NCBI GenBank assembly: GCA_964454545.1
Contig: CAYVTI010000003.1
Coordinates: 6,676-70,675 of the forward strand
Direction of reading: 5' to 3'
Source of the DNA: an uncultured Rickettsiales bacterium
Lineage (GTDB): Bacteria; Pseudomonadota; Alphaproteobacteria; Rickettsiales; JABCZZ01
DNA: 64,000 nucleotides
The notes beneath the pieces were generated by a model. It did no database searches and was not told where the DNA came from. It saw nothing but the letters and a program-made list of their open reading frames with translations. The position numbers and the translations under genes are program-made. Below, one piece after another: positions 62,040 to 64,000 of the stretch. Every line of letters begins with the position of its first letter. Position 1 is the stretch's first letter.

Positions 62040-62549
62040 ATGAACAGCAATAATCCTGAATTCGTTATCAGCCGCACGTTCAATGCGCCGCGCGAACTGG
62101 TCTGGAAAGTATGGACCATACCTGAACAGATGGCTGAATGGTGGGGACCGAAAGGTTTTTCCATCGGGAAATACAGCATGAATTTCCGCCTGGGCGGTAC
62201 CTATCATTATTCCATGCGCGCGCCGGACGGATCGATGATGTGGGGCAAGTTCCTGTACCAGGAAATTATTGCGCCGCAAAAAATGGTTTTCATCAATATG
62301 TTTTCAGATGCAGAAGGCGGCGTCACGCGCCATCCCTTCAGTCCGAGCTGGCCGCTGCAACTGCTCTCCACGGTCACTTTCGAGGAGACAGGCAATAGGA
62401 CGAAAGTCACTATCCACTGGGCACCACTCAATGCAGCGCCTGAAGAAATCAAGACGTTTGCAGGCTCCATCGCAGGCATGGAACAGGGATGGGGCGGCAC
62501 TCTGGATCAGCTGGAGGTCTATCTCGCAAAAGGGGCGGGGGCGGCGTAA
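62040..62549 (+). CDS. SRPBCC (AHSA1 / START-like) domain protein
   Basis: ISRTFNAPRELVWKVWTIPEQMAEWWGPKGF is a typical AHSA1-family N-terminus. Confidence 0.8.
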   Translation: MNSNNPEFVISRTFNAPRELVWKVWTIPEQMAEWWGPKGFSIGKYSMNFRLGGTYHYSMRAPDGSMMWGKFLYQEIIAPQKMVFINMFSDAEGGVTRHPFSPSWPLQLLSTVTFEETGNRTKVTIHWAPLNAAPEEIKTFAGSIAGMEQGWGGTLDQLEVYLAKGAGAA

Positions 62550-62555
62550 TACAGT

Positions 62556-63215
62556 TTACCGCTTATAGGCTAGCACGACGCCGTCGGCTACCGTGAGCAG
62601 GCAGGTATCGATACGCGGATCATCGCGCAGTTTGAGATTGAGGGCGCGCAGAGCGCGGGTGCTGGCGTCGTTTTCCGCCACGTCCGCGACAGCGCCGCCC
62701 CACAGCATGTTGTCGAAAGCAATCACTCCGTCGCGGCGCACCAGCTTCAGGCAGGCTTCGTAATAGCCGTCATAGCCAGGTTTATCCGCGTCGATGAAAG
62801 CGAGATCGAAGCTGCCTTCCTTGCCTTCCCTGAGCAGTGTATCAAGCGTTTCCTGCGCGGGAGCCAGCCGCAATTCTATCTTGTTCAGCACCCCCGCCTC
62901 GTGCCAGTAGCGCTTTGCAATGTCCGTCCACTCCCTGCTGATGTCGCAGCACAGAAGACGGCCTTTTTCCGGCAGGGCAAGCGCCATCGCGAGCGCGCTG
63001 TAGCCGGTGAACGTGCCTATTTCTATCACGTGGCGCGCGTTCGTGATGCGCACCAGCATTGAAAGAAATGCCGCCTCGTCGGGCGACACCTGCATCATAT
63101 GCTGCGGCATGTGCATTGTCTCTTCGCGCAGGTGCTGCTGCACTTCCGATTCGCGGGTGACAGTGGAGGTTACATAGCTTGCTACAAGATCAGGGAGAAA
63201 GGGATTGCTACTCAT
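62556..63215 (-). CDS. Class I SAM-dependent O-methyltransferase (caffeoyl-CoA O-MT-like)
   Basis: VIEIGTFTGYSAL SAM motif, FDLAFIDADK and DNMLWGG blocks. Confidence 0.85.
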   Translation of the reverse strand: MSSNPFLPDLVASYVTSTVTRESEVQQHLREETMHMPQHMMQVSPDEAAFLSMLVRITNARHVIEIGTFTGYSALAMALALPEKGRLLCCDISREWTDIAKRYWHEAGVLNKIELRLAPAQETLDTLLREGKEGSFDLAFIDADKPGYDGYYEACLKLVRRDGVIAFDNMLWGGAVADVAENDASTRALRALNLKLRDDPRIDTCLLTVADGVVLAYKR

Positions 63216-63259
63216 GACAAGACCTTATAAGTGGGATAACAGTAATAGCAAGCGGCTTT

Positions 63260-63511
63260 TCAGCTTACTCTTTTCTGCTCCCCTTTGCTGAGCGACCAGA
63301 CCATCAGGATAAGCCATCCTATGCCTGTCCAGCCAAACAGGATGGTGAGAATGAGAATTTCTATGAAGTTAGGATTCCTGCGATAATAGGCGATGAATAC
63401 GGGGATGAATACGACAAAACCTCCCAAGATGCCCATGAACATCAGAAGGAAGGGATTAATGTTGAACATCCAGAGGTAATAATGGTTAAAATAGGAATTA
63501 TCGGCTGGCAT
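63260..63511 (-). CDS. Superinfection-immunity-family small membrane protein
   Basis: 83 aa with two TM segments. FIPVFIAYYRRNPNFIEILILTILFGWTGIGWLILMVWSL resembles the Imm_superinfect family motif. Confidence 0.55.
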   Translation of the reverse strand: MPADNSYFNHYYLWMFNINPFLLMFMGILGGFVVFIPVFIAYYRRNPNFIEILILTILFGWTGIGWLILMVWSLSKGEQKRVS

Positions 63512-63737
63512 GATGTTTCCTTATCTGCCGGTTGGCAAGCTCCGGGGAATGCAACCTGAGGAGATTAATTTTCATCTCTCTTCCAGGTATTCATAAATCG
63601 TTATTTCTTCCTTCCCCGCTGGGCTATACCTGTTTTTCCCGAACAGGAATAAATGCTTGTTGCGATGGTCGTCATATACCTGCTGCGCGAATATCCCGTC
63701 GTGCCGCAGGTATATAATCCCATAGTGCGCAAATGCC

Positions 63738-64000
63738 TTATGCAGCGACACGCAGCGCCTCCTCATTTACATCCGTTATGGCGATGCGGTTGAGCTTCTG
63801 ATCGGCGGTTTTTTCTTCGGCAAGGGTTTCCTGCAGAAGCTTTACGGCATCCCGGAATCCGAGTTTCTTGGCCATCTCCACCAGGCAGCCATAGGTGGCT
63901 ATCTCAAAATGTTCCACCTGCTGGCCGCTTACGATCAGCGTGACATCGCGGACGGGGCCTTCCTCGATCTGCGTCGCCACCTTATTGCCTTCTTCAATAA
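63738..64000 (-). CDS. Ferritin-like YciE/DUF892 family protein, C-terminal part (gene continues beyond the window)
   Basis: VEHFEIATYGCLVEMAKKLGFRDAVKLLQETLAEEKTADQKLN. The reading frame is open to the window edge. Confidence 0.7.
   Translation of the reverse strand, partial: IEEGNKVATQIEEGPVRDVTLIVSGQQVEHFEIATYGCLVEMAKKLGFRDAVKLLQETLAEEKTADQKLNRIAITDVNEEALRVAA

Noticed and set aside
63572-63766. 64-aa ORF (-) with a YGIIYLRHDG..H segment faintly reminiscent of the RelE/ParE C-termini.
   Set aside because: The motif sits at the wrong end of the ORF. There is no antitoxin-sized partner, and the start overlaps the YciE-like gene by 29 nt. It is probably spurious.

Overview
This 64-kb chromosomal segment looks alphaproteobacterial: it has RcGTA-type tail genes, an argS-SPOR-nagZ block joined by ATGA overlaps, and a 1580-aa NAD-glutamate dehydrogenase. 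All calls come from by-eye motif recognition on the supplied ORF translations and manual inspection of the DNA. No searches or folding programs were run, and several start codons are reassigned by judgement.

The window has four blocks:
- 1-18.1 kb: the tail, tail-fibre and lysis end of a siphovirus-type prophage (or GTA-like element) on the + strand. It is interrupted by two AT-rich cargo islands. The first holds a membrane protein and an orphan curlin-repeat protein. The second holds a beta-carbonic-anhydrase-like gene, small unknown genes and a structured non-coding stretch.
- 18.1-34.6 kb: an accessory two-gene cassette, core genes (M50 protease, nagZ, SPOR, argS, gdhB, GNAT, fdxA, mazG, coaD, cytochrome b561) and an AT-rich island with a 718-aa membrane protein plus a P-loop kinase-like gene.
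- 34.7-49.8 kb: a processive GT2 synthase convergent with a pel exopolysaccharide operon of unusual layout. The order is pelX, pelA without a recognisable hydrolase domain, pelB split into a TPR protein and a separate beta-barrel, no pelC, then pelD-E-F-G.
- 50-64 kb: ordinary stress, detoxification and transport genes.

I recognised no rRNA, tRNA, CRISPR array, transposase or integrase.

The observations most worth a second look are:
- A stand-alone PelA-hydrolase-type gene sits inside the prophage lysis cassette, while the chromosomal pelA appears to lack that domain.
- A family of repeated, structured non-coding elements occurs at about 5.5-6.0, 14.0-14.4, 50.2 and 61.2-61.4 kb. Two copies show compensatory base changes and GNRA loops.
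- Two paralogous 80-aa proteins are each coupled to the 3' end of a different accessory gene.
- A conserved hairpin follows both phage peptidoglycan-hydrolase genes.
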